Assembly: GCA_965216635.1 (NCBI GenBank)
Contig: OZ244188.1
Location: 1,504,001-1,568,000, forward strand
Reading direction: 5' to 3'
DNA: 64,000 bases
From: a bacterium
GTDB lineage: Bacteria > SAR324 > XYD2-FULL-50-16 > G965216635
Shown: in pieces, positions 10,036-20,141 of the stretch
Layout of the letters: every line of letters starts with the position of its first letter
Position numbering within the stretch: the stretch's first letter is position 1
Translations under genes and position numbers: made by a program
Notes under the pieces: model-generated
The model's database searches: none
The model's input: the letters and a program-made list of their open reading frames with translations, nothing else
What the model was told of the DNA's origin: nothing

Positions 10036-10596
10036 AATTGCGGTAGTAATTGGTAGCGTGTAGATTTCAGCAAGCCTCTACGAACCAATGCTTTTTTATC
10101 AACTAAATCCTGTAGATCGCGAGTGGCAGTTGCCCGCGATGTTTTTGTAATCTGAATATAATTTTCTGCACTTAAGCCACCTTTAAAACCATCCAGTCCA
10201 TCACAAAAAATTCTCTCCAAAACTTTTTCTTGTCTTAAATTAAGTTGGGATTTTAGACGAACATAAAATTTCGTTTTTTTAATCAAAAAATCTATCAATT
10301 TTTGCGAATGCTTTTGGGCTTCTAAAATAATTTTTGCAAAATAAACAAGCCACGGGGAGATTCGGTTTTTTTTATTACTGGAAGCTAACATACTGTAATA
10401 GTCTTTTCTTTTGAATCACTGTGGAAAGCGATATTAAAGTCGGTCTGTTAAACCATTGCGACAAAGCTTTTTCTACAAGAACGCGAGCAATACGACCATT
10501 GCCATCTTCAAAAGGGTGAATACTTACAAAGTAAAGATGCGTTATACCTGCAAATATTAATGGGGATAAAGGAGTTTTACCAATTTTATAACTCAT
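10026..10596 (-). pseudogene. Fic-family protein remnant (5'-truncated, frameshifted)
   Basis: HPFEDGNGRIAR Fic motif in the 10375-10596 frame. The C-terminal wHTH (SRATATRDLQDLV) is in a second frame, 10026-10391. Confidence 0.85.
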
Positions 10597-10666
10597 AACA
10601 TAGCCTTTTTTGAGTTATAAGTCAAATTTTATAACTCATAATATAGCTTTTTTTGAGCTATAAAAT
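10582..10666. repeat. Tandem pair of ~42-bp palindromic units
   Basis: TTATAACTCA-loop-TGAG(T/C)TATAA occurs twice. Confidence 0.8.
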
Positions 10667-10677
10667 AGAAACAACTA

Positions 10678-11856
10678 TTAAAAAATAAATTGAGCTTCCA
10701 ATAAAATATCTTCTTTGTATGTTTTTATTTTTTGAATTTTTAGTTTGGGTTGTTGTTTTAGTTCGTCCAATTGAAGAACACCACACCAAGATTTTCCTTC
10801 CGCACCTATAAGAGATGGGGCTAAAAAAAGATAGAGTCTATCTGCTAGCTTTTCTTTTAAAAAAGAAGCAATCAATTCCGCTCCACCTTCTACCATTACC
10901 GAATAAACATTATGAGAGTATAAAAAATTTAATGCTTCTTTGCACGAGGGATAAATTTTTGGGGATCTACAGACAAAAAAACCTTGCTGTTCTAAACTTT
11001 TTAAATAAGCAGCAGATACTTTTTTGCCTGCAAAAAGAAATCTTTTAGAATGAGTATCCGATACAAAGTGGCTAGATTCATCTAGTTTACCGTGGGCTAA
11101 AAAAACGACTCTATGGGGTTGCCAGATAACGCCAGAACTAGTAGAGCCAGAACTAGTAGAGCCAGAATTAGTAGTGCCAAAATTAGTAGTGCCAAAATTA
11201 ATAGTACCAGAATTTCTATTTGTTAATTTTGGATTATCTTTATTTAAGGTAGAATGTCCTACAGCAACAGCATCAAAATCGCTCCTTAAACTCTGTGCTT
11301 TTTTTCTTGCTTCTATGCCCGTAATCCACTGTGAAAGTCCATTAGCTAGAGCCAATTTACCATCTAAACTCATCGCTACTTTGAGTCCTACTAGGGCTCT
11401 TTTTTGGGTAATATTGACTAAATATTTTTGATTGAACCATTCGCACTCTTCTCGTAAAACGTCTACTTCAACCTGTATTCCATTATTTTTTAACTCCTTT
11501 ATTCCTTTCCCAGAAACTTTAACGTGAGGGTCTGGCATGCCTATCACTACAGATTTTACTCCTTTTTGAATCAGCACTTGAGTGCAAGGTGGATTTGCTC
11601 CTTGATGACAACAGGGCTCTAGATTGACAAAAAGAATCGCATCCGATGGCACCTTATCCCATTTTTTAAGAGCTAATACTTCTGCGTGCTCTTTTCCAAA
11701 AGCCTTATGATAACCTTGAGATAGAATATCACCTTCTTTGGATACCAAAATAGCCCCCACCATAGGGTTAGATTTTACAAAACATTTTGCTTTTTCTGCT
11801 AACTCTAAACAGAGTCGCATTGTTTTTTCTGAAAATTTGTAAGTTTTTTTTTTCAA
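10678..11856 (-). CDS. ribD: Riboflavin biosynthesis deaminase/reductase
   Basis: NPMVGA, HAE, LEPCCH, MSLDGK and VEGG motifs. Carries an in-frame 15-bp repeat insert. Confidence 0.95.
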   Translation of the reverse strand: MKKKTYKFSEKTMRLCLELAEKAKCFVKSNPMVGAILVSKEGDILSQGYHKAFGKEHAEVLALKKWDKVPSDAILFVNLEPCCHQGANPPCTQVLIQKGVKSVVIGMPDPHVKVSGKGIKELKNNGIQVEVDVLREECEWFNQKYLVNITQKRALVGLKVAMSLDGKLALANGLSQWITGIEARKKAQSLRSDFDAVAVGHSTLNKDNPKLTNRNSGTINFGTTNFGTTNSGSTSSGSTSSGVIWQPHRVVFLAHGKLDESSHFVSDTHSKRFLFAGKKVSAAYLKSLEQQGFFVCRSPKIYPSCKEALNFLYSHNVYSVMVEGGAELIASFLKEKLADRLYLFLAPSLIGAEGKSWCGVLQLDELKQQPKLKIQKIKTYKEDILLEAQFIF

Positions 11857-13258
11857 AATACAATCGGTTAAGTATAATTTTCATTATTTACGGTTTGGAA
11901 TCTTTAATTCCATAGTCTTCAATTTCTTTGATGATATTCTTTAAGTTTGCTCTGACCCATTCGTGTTTATTTTCAAATTTATTATGTATAAATTTTTCTA
12001 TTTCCCTAAAAAAAGGAGTTTCTAGTTTATATTCAAGTTTATAAGAGCGCTCAGGGTCTGATGTTTGATAAGAATTTAATCTAGCTTCTACATATTTAGC
12101 TATACCTACCTTGTATTCTCCTTCGTATTTTGGATTTGAAATAACATACACCCATTTTTTAAGTCTATAATCTTTGCCTATATCGGTTCTTACAGGCGCA
12201 ACGATTGAAAAATTTACTTCTTTTTTAGGCTCTAGTAATTCAGGTTTTACTTCTTTTTTTAGTCTTTTTTTTACAAGATTGTAGGCTTCAATAGAAACAT
12301 CAATTCCAATCCATTTTCTTTCTAATTGTTCGCATGCAACACAGGTCGTAGCGCATCCACAAAAAGGATCTAATACCAAATCATTTTTATTGCTACTAGC
12401 TTCTATTATTCTATGTAACAGTTTCGTTGGTTTTTGTGTTGGGTAACCTTGTATTTCTTCAGAATTTACTATTGTTTGAAAATTTGCTATATCGCTCCAA
12501 ACATCAGTTATTGCTATCCCTTTAGATTCATCTAAATAAATACGCCTCTCTTTTGTGATTACTTTGTATTTTCTGCCATCTTCATCAAACTTACTAAATC
12601 GTTCTAATTGTTTTTCACCATAATCACGATAAGGTTTATTGAATTTAACATTTTTTGTTTTTGAGTAATACAAAATAACATCGTGCCCTCTCACATAATT
12701 CGGCACTAAAGATTTAAAACCAGCCGAAGCACTCATTGTCCAAGTTATATCCCTTCTAAAATTATTCTCACTAAAGATACAATCTAAAACAATTTTAAGA
12801 TAATGACTCATTGTAGAGTCGCAATGCAAATACAGGCTACCTGTATCTTTCAAAATTCTGTGAATTTCTATAACCCTGATTGCCATATAGCACAAATAAC
12901 AAAAATTGCTCTTGTGTCCGATATTTTTTATTCCATTTAGAAAATCATACAATTCGTCGTAGTCTTCTTTTATAGTTTCTAGCCATTCATCTTTTACATC
13001 TTCCTCTTTGAATATATCGCTAAACTTAGCTCCTTCAGCACTACTTCCCGTTGGAGCGTGATATTCTTTTTTTGTATTAAAAGGCGGGTCAAGGTAAATC
13101 AAGTCAACACACTCACTATTCATACCCTCTAAAACTTCTAAATTATCTTTACAGAATATGGTTCTGTTTTCTATATTACAATTTGCCATTATTTTTTCTG
13201 AAAATTTGTAAGTTTTTTTTTTCAAAATACAATCGGTTAAGTATAATTTTCATTATTT
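11823..13258. repeat. 67-bp direct repeat pair 11823-11889 / 13192-13258 bracketing the MTase gene
   Basis: Identical TTTTTTCTGAAAATTTGTAAG...GTATAATTTTCATTATTT. Confidence 0.95.
11888..13189 (-). CDS. Amino-DNA methyltransferase (beta order, DPPF) fused to a C-terminal GIY-YIG/T5orf172-like domain
   Basis: YLDPPFN, YPTQKP and VLDPFCG motifs, then VYVISNP...YKVG...RL..YQTSDP...HEWV. Start is ATG 13189 or TTG 13225. Confidence 0.88.
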   Translation of the reverse strand: MANCNIENRTIFCKDNLEVLEGMNSECVDLIYLDPPFNTKKEYHAPTGSSAEGAKFSDIFKEEDVKDEWLETIKEDYDELYDFLNGIKNIGHKSNFCYLCYMAIRVIEIHRILKDTGSLYLHCDSTMSHYLKIVLDCIFSENNFRRDITWTMSASAGFKSLVPNYVRGHDVILYYSKTKNVKFNKPYRDYGEKQLERFSKFDEDGRKYKVITKERRIYLDESKGIAITDVWSDIANFQTIVNSEEIQGYPTQKPTKLLHRIIEASSNKNDLVLDPFCGCATTCVACEQLERKWIGIDVSIEAYNLVKKRLKKEVKPELLEPKKEVNFSIVAPVRTDIGKDYRLKKWVYVISNPKYEGEYKVGIAKYVEARLNSYQTSDPERSYKLEYKLETPFFREIEKFIHNKFENKHEWVRANLKNIIKEIEDYGIKDSKP

Positions 13259-13888
13259 TGCATTAGATTTTTTTGCAATAATGAATGGTGTTTTTACTTT
13301 GTCAGCATCAGGTTGCCAATAATAATCAATGTCAAAACCACTACTTTCTATACTTTCCTTTAGTTCTTGAGCGGTAAAACATTTCACTAATGGCATCAAT
13401 CTTAAAAACTTTCCTAAAGGAGCGATCCATTTGAAAAACTTTATGCTATCTTGGATACAGGCTGTACTGCTGACAAAAATACCGCCAGATTTGAGCAGTT
13501 TGTAAATTTTTGCAATTATTTTTTCCTTATTTTCTAATAGGTGTAAAAGACTCATACACAAAACAACATCAATAGTTTTCTCTGGAAGATCTATTTGATC
13601 AACATCTATACATTCAAAATTCACATTATTAATATTTTGATTTTTTGCTTTACCTTGAGCAATTCTAATCATATTTTGTGAAAAATCAGTTGCCCGTATA
13701 TGTTTGACATACGGAGCATGAATAATAGCAGTACCACCAGTGCCGCAACCTATCTCAAGAACTTTCATGCTTGGATTCAAATATCCTCGGGTAATATTAA
13801 TTTTTTTCTCATAAACAGTCAGATTACTAATAGGACTTTTTGAGTATTTCTCTGCAATCCTATTCCAAAAATTAGCATTTTGTTTCAT
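13253..13888 (-). CDS. Class I SAM-dependent methyltransferase
   Basis: VLEIGCGTG motif I and LLKSGGIF. Confidence 0.9.
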   Translation of the reverse strand: MKQNANFWNRIAEKYSKSPISNLTVYEKKINITRGYLNPSMKVLEIGCGTGGTAIIHAPYVKHIRATDFSQNMIRIAQGKAKNQNINNVNFECIDVDQIDLPEKTIDVVLCMSLLHLLENKEKIIAKIYKLLKSGGIFVSSTACIQDSIKFFKWIAPLGKFLRLMPLVKCFTAQELKESIESSGFDIDYYWQPDADKVKTPFIIAKKSNAK

Positions 13889-13960
13889 TAGTTTTTAAAT
13901 ATCATTGAATTAAAATCAAACACACACATCTACTTTAACTTTTTAATTTTCACCAATCAA

Positions 13961-15727
13961 TTATGAGTCTTCTTGTTGTTTTAGTTTTTGCCGTAGTATT
14001 TTTTTCTTTTCTTTTAAGATGCTTGCCAGAAAAGTATCGCTCGCTGTAAGTGGATGGCTGTACTCTTTGATAATGTCTATTTGTTCTAAAACACAATTGT
14101 CTTTATGAGGTTCTCCTTCTGTTTGCAGAATAATACCATAAAGCATTTTTGGAGTTTGCACTAAGGCGTGCCCTCTATTAAGATAGGCTTCTGCAAAACC
14201 GCCATCTATGTTAATAGCAAATCCGTCTCCACTAGAAATACTTTGTCCTTTTTTATGATCCCTTGGAATATGTCCATAAACAACATGGTCAATAAGAAAT
14301 TCTTCTTTCATTCTTTTTTGGAAATGAGCTTGTTTGACATTTTCTTCCCAAAAAAGTTTTTTTTCTTTATGAAGTTCTTTGTCTTTTAAAAAATATCTTT
14401 CAAAGGTTTTCATAGCATCTTTACCAAAAAAAGGAGATTGAGGACCACACCATAAATAAAAAAAGAGACTGATATCTGCTTCTTTATTGGATTTGCCTGC
14501 TAAATAATTTTCACCCACAACGGAAATAGTTTTTTGAATGTAATCTAATAGGGCTTTGCCTTTAAACTGTAAAAAACTTTCAAACTCCCCTTTTTCATTA
14601 GAAGGAACAAGTGCATGAATACTCAGTATATTGTTGTAAATATGGTAGACACGCCCCTTTTCAAAAAAAATTTGGATACAGTGTTTGAGTTTTTCTTCGC
14701 TCAAAAATTGTTTTGTTAAATCTGCTACTATTTCTTTTTCTTGCTTGCTGAGTTCTTGAGGTTTATCAAAATTCAATGTGGGAAAGTGAGTGTCTCTTAA
14801 ATTTTGTATATCTTTTTTTTGTAGCATTTGGCTCAACCCATCTAAGCAAAGTCTAGATTCCATTTTATATTCTGGGTGTCTGTTGATGGTTTCTTCTTCT
14901 AACTTGAATTGGATAATAGACAAGGCTTTTTCCATACTTCTAGAACTAGGATCTTTCGCTTTAAAATTGCCTGTAATTGTTTCAGCGGGATAAGTTTTTT
15001 GGGCAAATGTTTGCAACAAAGAATAATCAATACCCATTCTATCTAAAAAGGCTAGGTGATCGTAGCGACAGGTGATTCGCATAGCCTCCGCAATTAAAGA
15101 TTGATTTCCAGCACAAGCCCCCATCCATAGAATATCGTGGTTTCCAAAAATAAGACTCATACTATTTTTGACAGAATTATTTTGTAAAATTCTAACAATT
15201 TTATCAGGTTGCGGACCCCTATCAAAAACATCACCCAAAACTATCAGATAATCCAAAAAAATTTCTAAAATCGTTTTACTCAAATGATAAACCAGTTTTT
15301 GATTAAACCATTCTTCTTCATACCAAATATGAGGGATTTTTTGATTAGCAACTAACCTTTGAATAGCTTCTGTGAAAATATTTTCTTCTGTAAAGGGGTT
15401 GATACGTTTGTTTTCTAATTTGTATTTGAGTATATCTACCAAACATTGCACAACATCTTGTGTATCCATACCTATGCTAGCATCATAGCTAAAAACTCTT
15501 TTTTGAATAGTATGGGTTATGTAGAGTAATTTTTTGTGGGGCAAAAAATGGGGTAAAGCCTCTCTACATGTTTGGTATAACATACCAAAACGCCCCTTGA
15601 TGGTACGGGCGAATTTTTTTCCTTCACCGTGGAGATCCGATACCCAAAGAGTAGAAGGAATATAGCAATTGAGTTTGTATTCAATTTTTAGAATTTCTTC
15701 GCTTAAATTTTGTATTTCTTTTTTCAT
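13961..15727 (-). CDS. fbp: Fructose-1,6-bisphosphatase class III
   Basis: SDLHGE, GDVFDRGP, GNHDILWMGA, SPFFGKDAMKTFERYF and IDGGFAEAY motifs. Confidence 0.9.
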   Translation of the reverse strand: MKKEIQNLSEEILKIEYKLNCYIPSTLWVSDLHGEGKKFARTIKGRFGMLYQTCREALPHFLPHKKLLYITHTIQKRVFSYDASIGMDTQDVVQCLVDILKYKLENKRINPFTEENIFTEAIQRLVANQKIPHIWYEEEWFNQKLVYHLSKTILEIFLDYLIVLGDVFDRGPQPDKIVRILQNNSVKNSMSLIFGNHDILWMGACAGNQSLIAEAMRITCRYDHLAFLDRMGIDYSLLQTFAQKTYPAETITGNFKAKDPSSRSMEKALSIIQFKLEEETINRHPEYKMESRLCLDGLSQMLQKKDIQNLRDTHFPTLNFDKPQELSKQEKEIVADLTKQFLSEEKLKHCIQIFFEKGRVYHIYNNILSIHALVPSNEKGEFESFLQFKGKALLDYIQKTISVVGENYLAGKSNKEADISLFFYLWCGPQSPFFGKDAMKTFERYFLKDKELHKEKKLFWEENVKQAHFQKRMKEEFLIDHVVYGHIPRDHKKGQSISSGDGFAINIDGGFAEAYLNRGHALVQTPKMLYGIILQTEGEPHKDNCVLEQIDIIKEYSHPLTASDTFLASILKEKKKILRQKLKQQEDS

Positions 15728-16812
15728 ACTCCCGTTTCTTTCATTTCTTTCATTTTTGATAAAAAATTTTGCAATTTTTCTGCTTTAAAATCAGCAGCAT
15801 CTTTATTATGCAACTTTTTGATTTGTGCTAGAGTTATGCCTAAATGATTTGCTAAATTCAACAGATTCGTATTTGGAACTTCTCCTATTTCTTCAGAAAT
15901 TTTATTAACAATAGACTCACTTGTCTCCTCGCTTATATCATTCAAATTTTCTACAATTGTTTGTTGATTGCTTGATTGTATCAGTGGGGGTTCTGGTTTT
16001 TTTTTAGTAAAACCAGAGTTGCCATTAGCGTGATTTGTTTGGTTTAGAAAATTTTCTCTTTCTTGAGAAATTGCTGTAGTATCTTCTTCTATTTTAGAGA
16101 AAGCAATTTTTTTATTAGAAAGCTTGGGTGCTACTGAAGGTTTATAAGTGTGTAGTAAAGGATCTCTTAAAGGATTACTTAAAGGATTGCGATACAACCA
16201 GCTTGCTAACCAAACAGAAGTAATATTTGCTAACTGTATAGCAAAACGGACAAAGGAAATAAATAAAATATCTATCCACAAAGAAAAGGTAGACTGTTGA
16301 CTAGTTTGCAATTTTTTCAATTCTTCTTTAATTTCATTTAACTTCCTAGTAGCTAAAACTGTATTTATTCTTTGCTCTTGTCCTATAAAAGTATCTATAT
16401 TTTCTTGTTGATCTTCAATCTGCGATTCTAAAATTTGGAGTATTCCTATGCGATTTTTTTGTTCTTGAATTGTAGCTAATTTTTTTTGCACTGTATTTAA
16501 AGAAGCTCCACCCACTGTATTGATAAAAAGAAGAATCACCAAACCTTTGATGAGAATATTTGCAGGATGAAATTTTTTTTTTTCTCCTCTTTGAATAGCA
16601 GGCACCCAAACCGACGCCATAATAACCAAAAATACTTCGTTTAAAAAAGCAGAAATAAAACCAAAATTCTTGCTATCTGCTTCTGTATAAAACCTTTCAA
16701 AAAATTCACTAGACTCCAATACCATAAAACTAGAAGCAACTAAACAAACACAAACTAAAATGCTAATAAAAATTATCCGAAAAACTAGATTATAGTTTAT
16801 TTGTGTAACCAT
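15724..16812 (-). CDS. Hypothetical membrane protein
   Basis: About 4 TM segments plus a coiled coil. ATG 16812 overlaps the lpxD stop (TAATG). Confidence 0.7.
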   Translation of the reverse strand: MVTQINYNLVFRIIFISILVCVCLVASSFMVLESSEFFERFYTEADSKNFGFISAFLNEVFLVIMASVWVPAIQRGEKKKFHPANILIKGLVILLFINTVGGASLNTVQKKLATIQEQKNRIGILQILESQIEDQQENIDTFIGQEQRINTVLATRKLNEIKEELKKLQTSQQSTFSLWIDILFISFVRFAIQLANITSVWLASWLYRNPLSNPLRDPLLHTYKPSVAPKLSNKKIAFSKIEEDTTAISQERENFLNQTNHANGNSGFTKKKPEPPLIQSSNQQTIVENLNDISEETSESIVNKISEEIGEVPNTNLLNLANHLGITLAQIKKLHNKDAADFKAEKLQNFLSKMKEMKETGV

Positions 16813-17828
16813 TATTTTTTTTCCAGTTGCTGTAATCTTTTTTCTAACTCTGCTAATCTTTTTGACACAATAGTATTCCTTTGCCACTGCGTTTTTTTTA
16901 TAGCAGGATTCCCAGCTAACTCAGAACCTGCAGGCACAGTTTTTCCGATATTCATCAAAGTGCTGGCAGGGTAAAAAGTAACATTATCCTCTATAAAATT
17001 ATGCCCTAAAATACCAACTTGCCCGCCGCAATAGACATTTTCTCCTAGTTTCGCACTCCCAGCAATTCCTACCTGACCTGCTAAAAGATTATTTTTGCCT
17101 ACCTTTACATTGTGAGCAATATGCACAAGGTTATCCAATTTTGACCCATCGCCTATGGTGGTATTTTCAATTGTTCCTCTATCTACTGTGCAGTTCGCTC
17201 CTATCTCTACATTATCTCCAATTTTCACTGCTCCAAAATGAGTAATTTTATGATGGGTTTTACCCATAGTCTCAAAACCAAAGCCATCGGAACCAATCAC
17301 TGTTCCAGAATGAATAATTGCATTTTTACCAATAATAACTTTATCCATAATAGAGCAAGCGGGATAGATGATACAACCATTTCCTAGTTTAGCACCGTCT
17401 CCGATAAAGCTATTGGGGTAAAGCACACAGTTATCTCCCACTTCAGCTTTTTCTGCGATATGCACAAAAGGATAGATGGTTACTTCTTTCCCTATTTTAG
17501 CACTAGGATGAATTGTAGCTTGTGGACTAATGGTTTTAGGGTGAATTTTGGCGGGATGAAGTTTTTTAAGAATGGTATCAAAAGCAACTCTAGCATTTTT
17601 TACCAAGATAAAATGTTTATCTGATATATTTTTTGCTAGCTCATTTCCTACTAAAATAGCTTTTGCTGAACTTGTTTGAGCAATAGAAAGGTTTTTTGTA
17701 TCGGATAAAAAAGTAATTTCATTGGCTTGTGCCTGCTCCAAACTATTACAGCCTACTATTTTAAAATTCTCATCTCCTACAACCTCTCCCCCAACAAAAG
17801 CTGATAGCTCTTTGAGAGTAAATTCCAT
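16812..17828 (-). CDS. lpxD: UDP-3-O-acylglucosamine N-acyltransferase
   Basis: Hexapeptide repeats, GSDGFGF, VEIGAN..DRG and KLDNLVHIAHN. Confidence 0.96.
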   Translation of the reverse strand: MEFTLKELSAFVGGEVVGDENFKIVGCNSLEQAQANEITFLSDTKNLSIAQTSSAKAILVGNELAKNISDKHFILVKNARVAFDTILKKLHPAKIHPKTISPQATIHPSAKIGKEVTIYPFVHIAEKAEVGDNCVLYPNSFIGDGAKLGNGCIIYPACSIMDKVIIGKNAIIHSGTVIGSDGFGFETMGKTHHKITHFGAVKIGDNVEIGANCTVDRGTIENTTIGDGSKLDNLVHIAHNVKVGKNNLLAGQVGIAGSAKLGENVYCGGQVGILGHNFIEDNVTFYPASTLMNIGKTVPAGSELAGNPAIKKTQWQRNTIVSKRLAELEKRLQQLEKK

Positions 17829-17898
17829 TTTTGGATAAATCTAAATTCTGAGTTTAGTCTAGTCATTTAACTCTTTAAATGCAATAAATTGATTTTTT

Positions 17899-17971
17899 TG
17901 GAGACTAGGAGATTTGAACTCCTGACCTCAACACTGCCAGCGTTGCGCTCTACCAACTGAGCTAAGCCCCC
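17899..17971 (-). tRNA. tRNA-Ala(GGC), CCA not encoded
   Basis: GGGGGCTTAGCTCAGTTGGTAGAGCG-CAACG CTGGCAG TGTTG-AGGTCAGGAGTTCAAATCTCCT-AGTCTCCA, with the G3:U70 identity pair. Confidence 0.96.
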
Positions 17972-18024
17972 CAATTTTTAAGTTAATATTTTCTTTAGTC
18001 TAATTTATTATTTTGTAATATAAA

Positions 18025-18963
18025 TTAGTTGTATAATTGTGTCGGTAAATGTTTACCTATATACCCTATGTGAACTTTTTGATCTTTTTCTAAAAAATAC
18101 ATTCTGTTTCCGCTAGGCAAGTTAAAATGTTTTTCAAAAAACACCTTCTTTTCATCAATAGTAAATTCTCTCTTTCTTCTCAGGGCTGGGTTTTGACGGA
18201 CAGATTGGCTTTCAGGTCTCCAATCATATTCTGTAATTGATTTTGCTTCTTTTTCAACTTTTCTTAATTTACTTATAAATTGGTCAAATATTTTTTCATC
18301 TAAATTTTGTATTTGCGCTTCTACCTCTGGACAAAAGACAACAATATTAGAAAAAAATTCTTTCCTTTTCTCCCAAAAATTTTTTTTAGTTATTCCAAGT
18401 ATTTCTTCTTTTTCTAATTCTTCAAAGAAATCTTGGTGAGTCAATAAGTGTTCTTTTATTGATGCATGTCTTGTATCTATTTTCTTTTCTTTTGTATCAA
18501 TTTCATTCTCCTCGTCTTTATAAAGAGAAATTTTTTTTAAACAAATACCAGCTCTATTCCAGCGCTCATTAGATTGAAAACTAATAGCTATTGTATCCCA
18601 AATATCACTGCAAGCTAATCCTCCTGTATTGGGATTTTCATCATAAAAATATTCACTTTCTAGTAGGTTATCTCTTTCTTCGCTTTCATCGTTTTTAATT
18701 AGAGGAAAGGTGTTATTAGTCAAAAAACTAGTAATTCTACTTTTAAATTCTCGTTCTTGCTGACCTAAAAAATCTCCAAAACTAATATTTTTTTGAATTT
18801 CATAATCTTTAAAGTTTTCATTTAATCTTAATGTTCCCAATCCTTTTTGTTGTGTTTCTTTTAGCAATCCAAAAAAGATAGAAAACTTTTGAGCTATCTG
18901 CTCGTTTTGAAAACTATCAGGAAACGGTAAAGACAATTCGTTAAAAACAGCAAAATTTGTCAT
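18025..18963 (-). CDS. Putative defence effector with a C-terminal RelE-like domain (NsnC-like position)
   Basis: FNELS start; C-terminal FEKH...RMYF...IGYIGKHLPT. Translationally coupled to the upstream ATPase. Confidence 0.6.
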   Translation of the reverse strand: MTNFAVFNELSLPFPDSFQNEQIAQKFSIFFGLLKETQQKGLGTLRLNENFKDYEIQKNISFGDFLGQQEREFKSRITSFLTNNTFPLIKNDESEERDNLLESEYFYDENPNTGGLACSDIWDTIAISFQSNERWNRAGICLKKISLYKDEENEIDTKEKKIDTRHASIKEHLLTHQDFFEELEKEEILGITKKNFWEKRKEFFSNIVVFCPEVEAQIQNLDEKIFDQFISKLRKVEKEAKSITEYDWRPESQSVRQNPALRRKREFTIDEKKVFFEKHFNLPSGNRMYFLEKDQKVHIGYIGKHLPTQLYN

Positions 18964-20141
18964 TTTAATAGGTCGTTGAGCTTGTTATCCCATTCGTCAA
19001 AAAAACCTTGGGGCCAATCATCAATTCTACCATTTTCATCAATATTTAAGGGTTGGGCTATAGTTTCTAAACTCTCATATTTTTTATAAAAGTAGTAAAT
19101 TTGGCTTTCTTCTGGTTTTAATAGACCTTTTTTTACGGCTACTCTGATGGCATTCAAAAAATGATCGCTATGAGATTCTACAATTATTTGCACTCCAGCA
19201 TTGGCAGCAATAGCACAAAGTTCGGCTATTTTAGATTGTCCTGCTGGATGCAAGTGAGATTCAGGGTTTTCCAAAATCAACATTTCACCAGGGCTAGATT
19301 TTAAAATAGCTACAAGGATAGGCAAAACATAGGTGATACCAAAACCAACATTTTGAGGTATGTAATCACTTGTTCTATTTTCGCCATAAACATATTGATA
19401 GCTTAAAGAAGCAGATTGTAGCTTGTGATAAACAGTTGCAGATACTTCTATACCTTTACTAATTTCACTTAGCCAAGCAGAAACATTTTCTAGTAAATGT
19501 ATTGTTTTACTAGCTGGATGTTTTAATTTTTCTATAGGTAGAGGTTTATGTCTATTTTTCGCTAGATAGTGTGGCGTATATTCTCCTCCTATACCTAATA
19601 AGTTTTTTCTAATATGTTTTTCAGAGAGCGGATAACTGATTTTAGGATTAATTCTATCTGTACTTATATAGTGAAAATATTTTTCATCTAAAAAAAATTC
19701 AATTAATTCTTTTACAGCATTTATCTTTTTTTTGTCCATTAAGAATTTTGGTTTAAAATTTTTATCCAGCTGAGTTATCATAAAAAAATTTTGAACATAT
19801 AAACCAATACTAATAGGTTCGTTGTGCACCTCTTGGTATAAAACTTTTGTTTTATCTCCAAATGAAATATACTCGCCTTCTAAAATAAATTCTTGAAGTA
19901 GATGTTTTCTTGATTCTTCTTCATTCAATTCTTTAGAATTTTTTTGAAAACTTGAAAGAAACAAGTGATGATTGAGAAATCTTGTAATGATAACAGCGTT
20001 CTGCTTTAGCAAAAGTAGCGTTTGAATAACCGAAGATTTGCCACTACTGTTCACACCTGTTATTAGAGTAAGGTTGCTGAGTGCAATATCAATGCTTCTT
20101 AAACTTTTAAAATTTTCTATTTTTATTCTTTCAATTTTCAT
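18960..20141 (-). CDS. ABC/AAA_21 ATPase with C-terminal DUF3696
   Basis: GVNSSGKS, ILENPESHLHP, VESHSDH and DWPQGFFD motifs. Confidence 0.88.
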   Translation of the reverse strand: MKIERIKIENFKSLRSIDIALSNLTLITGVNSSGKSSVIQTLLLLKQNAVIITRFLNHHLFLSSFQKNSKELNEEESRKHLLQEFILEGEYISFGDKTKVLYQEVHNEPISIGLYVQNFFMITQLDKNFKPKFLMDKKKINAVKELIEFFLDEKYFHYISTDRINPKISYPLSEKHIRKNLLGIGGEYTPHYLAKNRHKPLPIEKLKHPASKTIHLLENVSAWLSEISKGIEVSATVYHKLQSASLSYQYVYGENRTSDYIPQNVGFGITYVLPILVAILKSSPGEMLILENPESHLHPAGQSKIAELCAIAANAGVQIIVESHSDHFLNAIRVAVKKGLLKPEESQIYYFYKKYESLETIAQPLNIDENGRIDDWPQGFFDEWDNKLNDLLK

